Source: the human T2T-CHM13v2.0 reference genome, Homo sapiens
Assembly (NCBI RefSeq): GCF_009914755.1
Contig: NC_060926.1
Length of the DNA stretch: 64,000 nucleotides
Strand: one strand, 5' to 3'
Shown here: one piece after another, positions 51,601 to 64,000 of the stretch
Position numbering within the stretch: position 1 is the stretch's first letter
Layout: each line of letters opens with the position of its first letter
Notes under the pieces: generated by a model
What the model saw: only the letters and a program-made list of their open reading frames with translations
Databases searched by the model: none
Told to the model about the DNA's origin: nothing
Position numbers and translations under genes: made by a program

Positions 51601-52590
51601 AGTATGTTTGTTAGTAGTTTATTGTACTTCATTCCAGTTGGTAATATAGTTTTCATCACACTAAACTTTTTATACTAAATTTCTGTAGAAGCTTGTTGGG
51701 TTTGCCTTCACCAGAAGGTACTTTAAATACCTACCATAGCTGATTTGTTATAAAGAAACAAAATGGGTGTTCTTCTGTTTCCTTTTGATTATGTTTACTG
51801 TAATTATTTCATTTTGGATTTATACATTTACAATTGAATAAGGATTATAGGTTGATAAGCTGTTTATTGTGAAAAGATGTGTTTTGTTACAAATACTTGT
51901 TTTAAAAATTAATAAGCCCCCAGGAAGTACAGCATTGACTGGCACAACTGCCCATAGTGAGCTTCCCAACTAACTGCCTTCAGTGGATTCGGGCAAGTGC
52001 AAAGTCTTTGGCCTATTGTGTGACAAAGAGGTATATATTAAAGGAAAAGAAAAATGACATGAATAAGAAAATTCCGTCAACAAGGTTGGAGTAGGGAGTT
52101 GTTGAGGGGTTTAGTTTGTTTTAAAAGGTATGTGAGGGAGTGGTGGGGTGGATTTGTGTTTCTGACTTTTTTTCTTTAAGCAAATTCCATATGTTACCAA
52201 AAGCACATGCTGTATATTTTCTTCCCCTTTTGTGTGTATATAGTATTTTGAAAGATAAATGAATTGGGTATTTGTATGTGGGATGTACAAAATTGTGGCC
52301 GCTCTCTTTGTGGAAGGAAAAAACATAAATGAAGTTAATGCACTTCTTTTCCTAGCCCAAAAGTCACTGTGATTATATTTTTTTAATGAAGTTTAGAAAA
52401 AAAGCTGTTGTCTTCTCAATTGTAAAATTAGTTTCAAAATGCTGCTTCTCTTATCATTAGTCTAGTAATTGTTGAACTTTTCTGCAAACTGCATTTTACA
52501 AAATTGAAACTTGGAAGCTGTATTAACTTTTATAGTTAAACATTGTATTAAATAAACTATACTATAATAAACAGTTTGGTTTTGTATTTT
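48689..52590 (+). other. PPIG: PPIG long 3'UTR with several AATAAA signals (48886, 49996, 50177, 52551, 52566)
   Basis: Alu-free AU-rich sequence after the stop codon; distal twin AATAAA followed by a GT/T-rich downstream element; exact 3' end is inferred. Confidence 0.65.
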
Positions 52591-53940
52591 TTAAATTGTA
52601 TTATCCAGCCTTTTAAAAATTAAAAGCTAAATAATGAAAATAAACCAATTAAAACATACTTTTACTCTCAGATATACAGATATTTACATTATGAAAAAAC
52701 TGAACAAAGTTTTAACAATACTGAGCTTTAAGAATTTAGCCAGCAGGGAAAATTTCCAGGTTTGAGAATGTTCTAATGTAAATATTTAATCATAATACTT
52801 CAGATTGTAGTGTGTCTTTTGCCCAGCAAACTTTCAAGGTTAAGCTCGGAATTTGTATTACTGTCTACTAGATCACTACCATTTGCTTCTTAAGTCCTCC
52901 GCATTTTTTTCAGCATTAGGATCACTGTAATAGATCCTGTGCCTATAACAGAGTGGTGAAGTCATGTAAACATAAATGTTAATTGAATTCTGTAAAACAT
53001 TACCTAGTTTGGGGGCTGTTTTTTCTTACATTAGACATGTAGGGAAAATGCACTTAGTTGAGAGTGCGTCATTGAAAATATATGCCTAGTTATACTGAAT
53101 ATTGACAATGAAAGGTATATACCTAGGTAAAAACCTTCTGAACATTCAGTAGTTTGTATGTGTTAACACGTGAATATTATTAAACTCCCAAAATCTGGAG
53201 TGTTCTTAAAAGCTTTATCCAAGAAAATGTATAAAATGCAAGTGCAACAAATGAACTGCAAACTGTGCATTAAAATAACTTCAGGCATCAATTCGCTTTT
53301 TCTATTTACTTCCTAGGTTTCTTTCCTAAACATATTTCCTTACCTGATAACTTTGTTATCATAATTTTGTTTCATAATTTTTACATTTCCCCACTCCCAT
53401 CAAAGTCCTCTCAGTAATCAGAATGCCTTGTTCCAATTTATGTCTTTGCCACAGATTTTATCTATGAGTTTCTCTTATCAAATTAGCAGATTAGAGTAGT
53501 TGCGTTTCCACTGCTGTGCCATTCAGTTCTTTTCATTGAATTATTTTGTGATTAACATTGTGTAGCCTTACCTTTCTTCTCAGTATACTCTAGTAGAAAG
53601 CCCAGCCCAATTTAAAGTAAAATAAATTGTATATATAAGGCAGAAAAACTAGTAATGTCTGGTGTTTTATGTTATCCTTCACTCAAACTAAGTTGGTTGT
53701 ATAACACTTTTATGTAATTAACCGTTACGTAGAAACTTATTTCCTGTTTTATAATATGGGGGAAGATAGCTGTCTAAAATTACTAATTACCACTATATAT
53801 TGTATTTATGTAATTTAAAGGAAAGGATATATGGCAGAAGTTCCCAGACTTTCTTGGTTCACTTTACCTGTGTCTCAGTAATTTTAACATGGTGTTATCC
53901 CTGCGCCAGAATAAATACCTAACAGATCGGTTTATTAAAA

Positions 53941-54113
<173 letters not shown>

Positions 54114-55159
54114 CTAACAACTTAGCCATTTGAAATTTTAAAAAATATTTTTACAGTTCCATTCTTAACCACAATTAGTTACTAATGGAATGTGTGCAAA
54201 TGTTGGTCACAGCACAACTTCTCAAACCTCAAAATCAGATCACACACCATCCTCTACTATAATACATTGATTTTGTGCAATATATGAGTTTTATCCCATC
54301 AGCTGCTGAAAATTCAGCTTTACAAACAGGATATCATCAAAAGGCACAGTGCATTTAATATGTTGAACTACCTCAAGCTAGTCTTACAGATGTCAGGTAA
54401 TTTGTTTCAAAAATTTGTGAGTTCACTGTGGTTCCTCAGTATGCCTTGGCACACAATTTGGCAATCAGTAGATAGTGTTGTTTTAAATAACCAGCTATTT
54501 TACTCCTTTAAAACAGTTCATTTTTTAAAACCCGAGGTCCATAAACCCACAAACAGTAACTCAGAATGATGGTTGCCTACAGAATCTGCCATTTTAAAAA
54601 AGTACAACCCAGGTATACTAAGCCACAATCTTAGATGTATGTTAGTCACTGTGCTGTGCAGTCTATTAGAGGGCATTGTGGAAGTCCTTAAAACTGTATG
54701 CACAATTGTAGAGTATATGTGTATGTGTACCTTACTGCTGAAAAAGCCACTAAGTTTTATCAGATTCCAAGAGGCTCATGACATAAGTAATGTTTGCTCT
54801 AAGATTTGGTCTCTTATAGAATGATACACTGAACAATTTACACCTTTACCCAGCATTCCCCTGTGTAGGAATCTATCTCAAAGGTTAACTGACAAAAATA
54901 TGAAAAAAAAAAAAAGGCAGCTGTTAATTACAGAATTTATAATAGCTGAAGACTGGAAACCACACAAATATCTATTGGTATGCCACTGGTTGAATAAACG
55001 GGTACACCCTTGCAAGAGAATACTATGTCAGTTGGAAAAGAAGATATTTATATCTGCTGTGTTGTGTCTCTAAGCTATATTAAGTGAAAAGAACGAAGTT
55101 ATTTTGTGTAAGTAAAATATATGTGTATTTGCTTTTAAAGAGAAATAAGCAAAGGATAC

Positions 55160-56825
55160 AACAGTGAAATGGCAACCTAAGGAAGGAAAAGTATTTGCAA
55201 ATCATTTATCTGAAAAGGGATCAATCTAGAATACATAATAACTACAACTCAACAACAAAACAAATAACATGAAAAAAATGGGCAAAGGACTTGGAACAGA
55301 TATTTCTCCAAAGATGATAGACAAATGGCCAGCAAGCATATGAAAAAACGTTCAACGTCACTAATCCTTAGGGAATGCAAATCAAAATCACAATGAGATA
55401 TCATCTCACAGCCACTCAGGATGTCTACTGTCAAAAAAACATGTTGGTGAGGATGTGCACCTTGTGCACTGTTGGAAATGTAAAAGGGTTCAGCTGCTAT
55501 GGAGAAAAGTATGAGTTTCTAAAAATTTAGAATTATATGATTCAGCAATTCTACTTCTGGGTATATATCCAAAAGAATGGAAAGGATCTTAGAGCTATTT
55601 GTACGTCCATGTTTAAAGCAGCATTATTCACAATAGCCAAGAGGTGGAAGCAACCCAAGTGTCCATTCATGAAGGAATGAATAAACAAAATGTGATATAC
55701 ATACAATGGAGTATTCAGCTTTAAAAAGGAAGAAAACTGACATAAACTACAACATGGATGAACCTTGAGGACCGTACACTAAATGAAATAGTCACAAAAG
55801 GACCTATACTGTAGTGGTCAAAATTCACAGAAACAGAATGGTGTTTCCCAGTAGCTGAGGGGAGGGGGAAATGGAGACTAGTTGTTTTATACAGAGTTTC
55901 AATTGTGCAAGATGAAAAAATTCTGCAGATTGTTCAGCAATATGAAGATACTTAACACTATTGAACGATATACTTAGAAATGGTTAAGACATTAAATTAG
56001 GTGTTCTGTGTTTTTTACCTAAGAAATGAAAAAAAAATTAAACAGTGGGGGAATGCAGTTCACAAAATCACACAAAATTCAGTGGTACTAAGTACATTCA
56101 CAGTATCGTGTAGTCATGACCATTATCTAGTTCCAGAAGTTTTTGGTGCTCCACCTGGAAACCCCCTACTCATGAAGCAGTCACTCCCCATTCCCCTTCC
56201 CCACAGCCCCTGGTAACTGCTAATCTGCTTTGTCTCTTTGGAAACAAGTTTTGTTGTCTAAAGTTGGCAAAACTACATGTAGAATTATTTTAAGTGACCT
56301 CAAAACATGATAATGTGTACATGTCTAGTAAGATATACTCTATAAAATAAACCACAAAGAAGTCTTCATTCAATAATCCTATTGTTAGTGTAATAATGCT
56401 GGTAATGTTATCTGATACTAACTGCTGAAGGACAAAGCAAATAAGCATATGAATTTCTGCTGAAGAGAAATATATCAAGGAGAATATTATTCAGCCATAA
56501 ACCAAAATGAGGCACTGATAAATGGCACAACATGAATGAACCTTGAAAATATGCTAAGTGAAATAAGCCAGACACAAGGCCACAGTATGATTCTGTTTAT
56601 TCAAAATACCCAGTATAGGCAAAGCAGATAAAGTTACCAGGAGCTGTGGGGAAGGGGAATGGGGAGTGACTGCTTAATGAATGGGTATGGGGTTTCTAGT
56701 AAGAGCACTGAAAAATTCTGGAACTACACAATGGTCATGGCTACACAATATTTTGAATGTACTTAATACCACTGAATGTACATTTAAAAAGTAAACTTGT
56801 GTATTTTACCACAGTTAAAAAAAGG
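55160..56825 (+). mobile_element. Old L1M 3' fragments in the PPIG-CFAP210 intergenic gap
   Basis: L1 motifs atttgcaaatcat, gggaatgcaaatcaaa, gcagcattattcacaatagccaa, aacatggatgaaccttga. Confidence 0.8.
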
Positions 56826-56916
56826 AATCTCAAAATTGGGGTTTTATATATACCCAAAAGAAATACTGAGAACAATCAATTAAATCAGACATAATTGTAC
56901 TTAGATGAAGAACAGC

Positions 56917-56922
56917 TTTATT
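56917..56922 (-). terminator. Polyadenylation signal (AATAAA) of CFAP210
   Basis: TTTATT on the + strand, about 75 nt past the stop codon. Confidence 0.7.
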
Positions 56923-56996
56923 AACTGAAATCCATTTATATTTGAAGCTCATATATGCTACAACTTAGTCTTCTCAATGTTAAAAATATTTTTTTT

Positions 56997-57338
56997 CTAC
57001 CATGTAAAACCTAGCCTTCTCTTTGACTTTTGAAAATTATATTTTGGTCCCTGAGAGTTATAAAAAGGGAGCTGGACTCCAGTAACATCATTTGCCTGAT
57101 AGCTGGGTCTTAATCCACCTCTGTCCACAAACACTGGTCCACGGCCACCTCCAGGTCCTTCCTGTACAGCTTTTACAAGAGGGTAAATATATTTATTTGT
57201 TGTTTCCGATTCAAGTTCAATTACCTCTCTGGCATAGTCCTGAAATTCTTTCTCCTTTTCAGCCACAAGAGCTTCAGTAAGTCTGCAATAATCTAATTCT
57301 GCTTGTTTTGCTTGCTTTGCATTAAACTTATTTTTGGC
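56997..57338 (-). CDS. CFAP210: CFAP210/CCDC173 last coding exon: AKNKFNAKQAKQAELDYCRLTEALVAEKEKEFQDY...KSKRRLGFTW*
   Basis: AG acceptor at 57340-57339; 342 nt in frame to TAG; phase 0 with the previous exon; gene identity from recognition of the protein and its position next to PPIG. Confidence 0.85.
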   Translation of the reverse strand, partial: AKNKFNAKQAKQAELDYCRLTEALVAEKEKEFQDYAREVIELESETTNKYIYPLVKAVQEGPGGGRGPVFVDRGGLRPSYQANDVTGVQLPFYNSQGPKYNFQKSKRRLGFTW

Positions 57339-58869
57339 CTATTTGGGAAAGAAAGGAAATTTAACTTAATATTGGTTAAGAACATGAACTTTCTAAATAT
57401 ACATAGCATTTGAAAATGTAGGTATAATTTTCTAAACTCATTGATACTTTACAAGTTCTGATTTAACAACTATATACTATCATTTATTTCAGAATCTTTC
57501 CTATCATGCTCAAAGTGGTGGTGCAATGAAACCTTTATTAATAGCCTTATGTGATACATTTGCAGATAGCACAGTGAAATAGCGAAAATTATGAAATTTA
57601 GATAAAACTCAGGTAACTGAGTTTAGAGTCCTGTTTCAATCACAAGATGTGAACTTTGGTGGTTTAGAATGCACACCCACCATTGTCTCTAACCATCCAC
57701 TATTCTGGAGGAATTCACTCAACTCTACTGTGCTGGGTCAGCCCAATATACTATGTCCCCAGCCACATAAGATTAAATCAGCAGTGAATATCTGGACTAA
57801 AACCATTTACATTATCTATTTCCCGAAAATTTAAAATTGGAACAGTGAGTGACATTTATCAATGTAGGTTGAGAAGGCACTGAGTGGAATAAGTAGGCAA
57901 TTTGCCAAAAGCCAATTTACCAATATTTTATACAAATTTTGTCGTTTAATTCTTTATATTAATTTACATTGGATGAGATTCTTTTTATGGCTTTTCTGTG
58001 ATGCTCTGGTTGGCAACTTCTCATTTTGTATTCTCTGTGGCATTTTAAGAAATGTTGAGTTTATTTTTTAAAATAACAGTTACTTTGACTACTTAGGAAT
58101 ATATTTAATATTCATAAAAATATTTCTCAAAATCCAAAATGTTGACATAAAATAGTAACCCAAACCTGATATCTATCATAAATTTAAATTTTTGATGGAA
58201 TAGAGCAACCATATTAGTGTGAAATATCAAATTTTTCATTATTGAGTGCTACAATTCAAAATTCAGTTTACATACTATTTGTGAAATTGGGGATAAAATG
58301 CCAGAGTTTTAAAAAGTAGAAAATGACAATAAGATTGGAGAAAAAGTCAAAAAAAAAGCTAAAATCGATCTCTAATCGAAGGTAAAATGCTAATATTTGG
58401 GAACTTAATAAGCAGCAATTTGGATATGTTTAGTAAATGTAGAAAAATATTGAGGGAACAGAAAGAACCACTTGAAGCACAGAAAGGAAGTGACAATGGA
58501 AGGAAAGAATTACTATAATGGAACATATGATTGGTACCTCACATTTGATATGCATTAAGCATAAATATATAAAGAAAAAGTTCCAAAAAATTAAGTTTAA
58601 AATCCTAAAAAACGCTAACAGATGAAGGTAAAGTACCTTCGAAGTACATTTGGAAGATAATAGCTAATTAACTGTCTGAAAACTGGAAAATAAGGCAAAA
58701 AAAATCAAGTATTCTGTTTTTTCTTTAAAAATTGTACCTAAGAGGAACCAAGTATTTGATCAAGAAAACTTCTTAAAGACTTCAACAAGTAAATCAGAAG
58801 GATTCCAAATACTGATCTTATTTGATCGTGATTGAAACAACAAACTATTTTGGCACCTGGCCAAAAATT

Positions 58870-59910
58870 TAAAACTTTTATACATCAAAGATACTATCAA
58901 TGGAGTAAAAAGGTAACTCATGGGATGGAAGAAGACATTTCCAAATCATGTATCTGATAAGAGATTTAATACACAGAATATTTTTAAAACTTCTAAAACC
59001 CAACAACAAAAAATCCAATTCAAAAATGGAGGCCGGGCACAGTGGCTCATGCGTAGTTGTAGCACTTTGGGAGGCCGAAGCCAAGGTGGGCACTTCAGGT
59101 CAGGAGTTCGAGACCAGCCTGGACAACATGGTGAAACCCCATCTCTACTAAAAATACAAAAATTAGCCCAGCGTGGTGGTGGGCACCTGTAATCCCAGCT
59201 ACTTGGGAGGCTGAGGCAGGAGAATTGCTTGAACCCTGGAGGCAGAGGTTGCACTGAGCCGAGAGTGGGTATCATGCCACTGCACTCCAGCCTGGGCAAC
59301 AGAGCAAAACTCTGTCTCAAAAAAAAAAAAAAAAAAAAAAATGTGAAAACCAAACAGAAAAGGACAAATATTGTCTGATTCCATTTATGAGGTACCTAGA
59401 ATAATCAAATCCATTGAGATAGTAAAACAGAGGTTACTCAGACTGGAGAAAAGAGGGGATAGGGAGTTACTGTTTAACATGTACAGAGTTTTAGTACAGG
59501 ATGATGAAAAACCCTGGAGATGTATAGTGGCCATGATCAATGTGAATGTACTCAATGCCTCTGAACTGTACACTTAACCATGCTTAAAATGGTACTTTTT
59601 ATGTATATTTTACCACAATAAAAATCAATTTTAAAAAACTCAGCACTAAGAAAACAACCCAATTAAAAATTGGCAACACTCTTAAATAGACACTTCACAA
59701 AAGAAGGTATGCAGATGGCTAGCAAGGATGTGAAAAAAATGTCCATTATCTTTGGTCATTAGAGAAATGTAAAATAAAGCCATAAGATATCACTATACTA
59801 GAATAGTTAAAATTAAGGGATGACTATCAAGTGTTGATGAGTATGTGGAGTAAGTTGTGCTTGCATACATTGCTGGTAGGAATGGAAAATGGTACAACCA
59901 TTTCAAAAAC
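58870..59910 (+). mobile_element. L1M fragments with an inserted Alu (~59031-59341)
   Basis: L1 ORF2 and 3' motifs; Alu consensus. Confidence 0.75.
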
Positions 59911-60328
59911 AGGTTTTAGTTACAAATGATTGGATGCTAGGTCCTCTACACATCTTTTAAAATCTGATATCTCCATTCCTCAAATCTGAAACCTATGAGA
60001 TCGCAATCAACATAGTCTCTGAGATATGGGAAAAAAGTAAAACAAGATGAACATTATGGCCTCCACATGCATTTGTATTTTCTTTAATATTTACTGAAGT
60101 ATAATAGACACTAAAGAAGGATAAACATTCATTTAAAAGATAAAACTCACATGGGAACTTCACTGGAGATAGAAACAAACCTCACATTTTTAATACATTT
60201 TATTGTGTCATAACCATAATGACCATTTTTTTCTTACCTGATGAAACTGCTTGGGAGTAGAAAACTAGCATGAATTCTGTATTATATACTTATTACTAAC
60301 ATAATTATAAACATTCAGGAATAATTAC

Positions 60329-60493
60329 CATTTGCTGAATATGGGCATCTTGAACCTCTTGATGTTCTTTATCAGCTTTGCATTTTTTCTCCTTTTCATG
60401 TTCCCAGAAAATCTGATCTGCTTTCATGACAGCCAGCAATTGTTCTTTAGCCTCTATTTTTCTTTGTCTTTCTTCTTCCTCTTTATTTTTCAT
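60329..60493 (-). CDS. CFAP210: CFAP210/CCDC173 penultimate exon (165 nt), coiled coil: MKNKEEEERQRK...DAHIQQM
   Basis: AG at 60495-60494 and GTAAT donor at 60328; E/K/Q-rich coiled-coil ORF. Confidence 0.85.
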
Positions 60494-60792
60494 CTAGATG
60501 TTTAAAGGCAAAGGAAACATATAAAACCAGTTATAGCAACCAGTCTTGTCTGAAAAGGCACAGAGTCAGAGAGTTGAAGCAGAGGAGAGTCAGCCAGGAG
60601 CAATGCAGGAGCAGAAAAGTGCATGCACCTGGGGTGGTTCCCATGCGGCCAGTTTACTTTGGTTTTGTTCTATTTCCTGAATATCAGAAAATACCCAAGT
60701 GCTATAGGACAATCCTTATTGGCTTGAAAAAGATGAAAAGCAAGATCTTCTCAAGGAAGGGAAATATATGTAAGTAAAAAATTAATTGCTCC

Positions 60793-61082
<290 letters not shown>

Positions 61083-61475
61083 TTGCTCCAATGTGTATAA
61101 ACTATCCAAATTAAATGTTATGACAGTCATGTAAGATATGTTTTAAAATATTAAGAAACAGAAATGTATAATTTTTACATGGTTTGTCTTTAAAACCTAC
61201 AAATGAAAAGTATAACAAATAACCTTTGCGTTTCAGATGGTTCTGAAACAGAAGAGATTATTACTTTGCATCTATAAATATCTTTTTTGTAACTGTCGTG
61301 TCATCTTTGTTAGGAAGTAAACATTGTCCAATTTCAAAAATACAGGAAGATAATTCATACATTGTTTTTAATATCTTGGCTAGTTTTTGGTTAGAGAGGC
61401 AGATGAGATGGAAAACACAGTGGAAAGGTCCTAACTCTGTCTTTCTATTTTTATTTTCATAATTGAATTGTTTAC

Positions 61476-61668
61476 CACAATGGCTCGATATTCTGCAATT
61501 GTTTTTAATTCTGCTTTGTTTTTTTCATCTTTTTCTCTTTCTCTTTTTTCCCATTCAGCCTCAGCTTCTGCAATATCTCTAGCAATAATCATATCTTCAT
61601 TGTCAAGTTTCTCTTTCAACAGTTCACTCAGGAAGTTATGTATTCTTTCTCTTCGTTTCTCCATAAGC
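61476..61668 (-). CDS. CFAP210: CFAP210/CCDC173 internal exon (193 nt), coiled coil: LMEKRRERIHNF...AEYRAIV
   Basis: AG at 61670-61669 and GTAAA donor at 61475; phase 0 join to the next exon; upstream exons lie beyond the window. Confidence 0.85.
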
Positions 61669-61881
61669 CTATAACAAAATAACCATACTCGTCAAATCTT
61701 CATGAACACATGTCCAATGGAGCCAACATAATTTAATTAGGGAATCTGAGATATTTTGCAGTCTCTTACAAAACTAACAGGAGCCCCATTGCTCCTTACA
61801 TATATTATTTTAAGTGGACATTATTTTTTAACTATAAAGTAACATATATTCTAAAATCCAAAGACAGTAATATGTATAATC

Positions 61882-61907
61882 TGTGTGTGTGTGTGTGTGT
61901 GTGTGTG
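61882..61907. repeat. (TG)13 microsatellite
   Basis: Direct read. Confidence 0.95.
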
Positions 61908-61953
61908 TTTAAGAAATAAGATCTTAAAATTATCTACACTGAAAAATATTTTA

Positions 61954-62791
<838 letters not shown>

Positions 62792-63850
62792 CCACAGAAA
62801 ATATTTCAATATTTTATCAGACTACCCTGCTTACTCTATCATTGGAGGCTGAGGCTATAAAAGGCCTTTATTTAAATAAAATCAAGGAAATAATCTAATA
62901 AAAGTTATCAAAATCCTAAATATCCATCCCCTCACAATACTCTGTCTGGAATTTATTCACAGCACTTTTTTAACTTGATCTGTTTAAATTTCTCCCTTTA
63001 CACTATAAGGTTCCTTTTTTGTTGTTTTTTAAGAGACAGGATTTTGCTATGCTGGCCAGGCTGGTCTCAAACTCCTGGCCTCAAGCAATCCTCCTACTTT
63101 GGCCTCTCAAATTCACTATGAGATTCCTCAGGTCAGAAATTGAATGGGTCCTCTCTTTAGTTAAGAGCCTAAGCATGTGCCTGGTACATCATAAGAATAC
63201 ATCTTGTTAAATTAGGGCATTTTTATTTATGAAATTGCATAACAAATAATTTTGTTGTGACAAATTCACTTAGTGAATTGGCAAAGCAGCATGTGAGAAA
63301 TGATGAGAAAGGATACAGTGCATACTCCAAGGAAATTACAATTTAAAGTGGAGAAAAGACATTTATGCAAATGTCTTTATAGTTATAGAAGACAAAAGAT
63401 AATAAATGCCATGAGAAAGCTAGAAAATGATATGGACAAATGAGAAAAAAAGAAAGCCTTCAGAGAAAAGGTGACATTTCTGGTAGAATTCCAAAAAATA
63501 GTATTTTAAACAGTTTTATTGATTGCTTACTATGCTCCTGACACTATTCCCGGTGCTGGGGACAGACATAACAGTGAACGAAAACATTAGAAGTTGGGCA
63601 TGGTGGTGCGCACCTTTAGTCCCAACTACTCAAGAGGCTAAGATAGAAGGATCCCTTGAGGCTATGAGGTTGAGGCTACAGGGCACTGTGATCACGCCTG
63701 TGAATGGTCATTGTCCTCCACCCTGGGCAACATAGCAAGACCTCATCTCTAAAAAAAAGTTTTAATAAAAATAAAAATCTCTGCCCTCATGGGGCTTTCA
63801 TGATTGCTGGAGGAGAGGGACAGTAAACAAAATAAATAGTTTTAAAAAAT

Positions 63851-64000
63851 AGCCGGGTGCAGTGGCTCACGCCTGTAATCCCAGCACTTTGGGAGGCCGA
63901 GGCGGGCGGATCACGAGGTCAGGAGATCGAGACCATCCTGGCTAACACGGTGAAACCCCGTCTCTACTAAAAATTACAAAAAAAAAACTAGCCGGGCCTG
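63851..64000 (+). repeat. AluY-like element, truncated by the window end
   Basis: CpG-rich Alu left arm. Confidence 0.9.

Noticed and set aside
61468-61674. Ser/Phe-rich + strand ORF
   Set aside because: Antisense shadow of the E/K-rich CFAP210 exon

Overview
Human/primate genomic DNA, AT-rich and very Alu-dense. The + strand carries the complete spliced coding sequence of PPIG (peptidyl-prolyl isomerase G, SR-cyclophilin). It comprises one 53-nt 5'UTR exon and 12 coding exons from ATG at 15205 to TGA at 48688. These sum to 2265 nt (754 aa + stop): a cyclophilin domain, a Ser/Lys-rich region and an RS-like tail, followed by an Alu-free ~3.9 kb 3'UTR. The promoter and first exon appear to lie upstream of the window. 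The - strand carries the last three exons of a convergent coiled-coil gene that I recognise as CFAP210/CCDC173. Almost all other ORFs in the track are Alu or L1 artefacts. Repeats include dozens of Alus, a 3.8 kb 5'-truncated L1PA nested in an older L1, L2, Tigger, MER1B and a damaged MER85 piggyBac MITE. I find no support for a new multi-gene system. The most interesting signals concern PPIG RNA processing: an intronic polyadenylation route giving a 357-aa RS-less protein, a fold-back Alu hairpin just upstream of that exon, candidate poison exons, a 5'UTR exon ending in an acceptor/donor AG|GT, a palindromic minisatellite of donor-like motifs, and a composite Alu-unique-Alu insertion inside an L1. 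Repeat boundaries and subfamily names were assigned by eye and are approximate.
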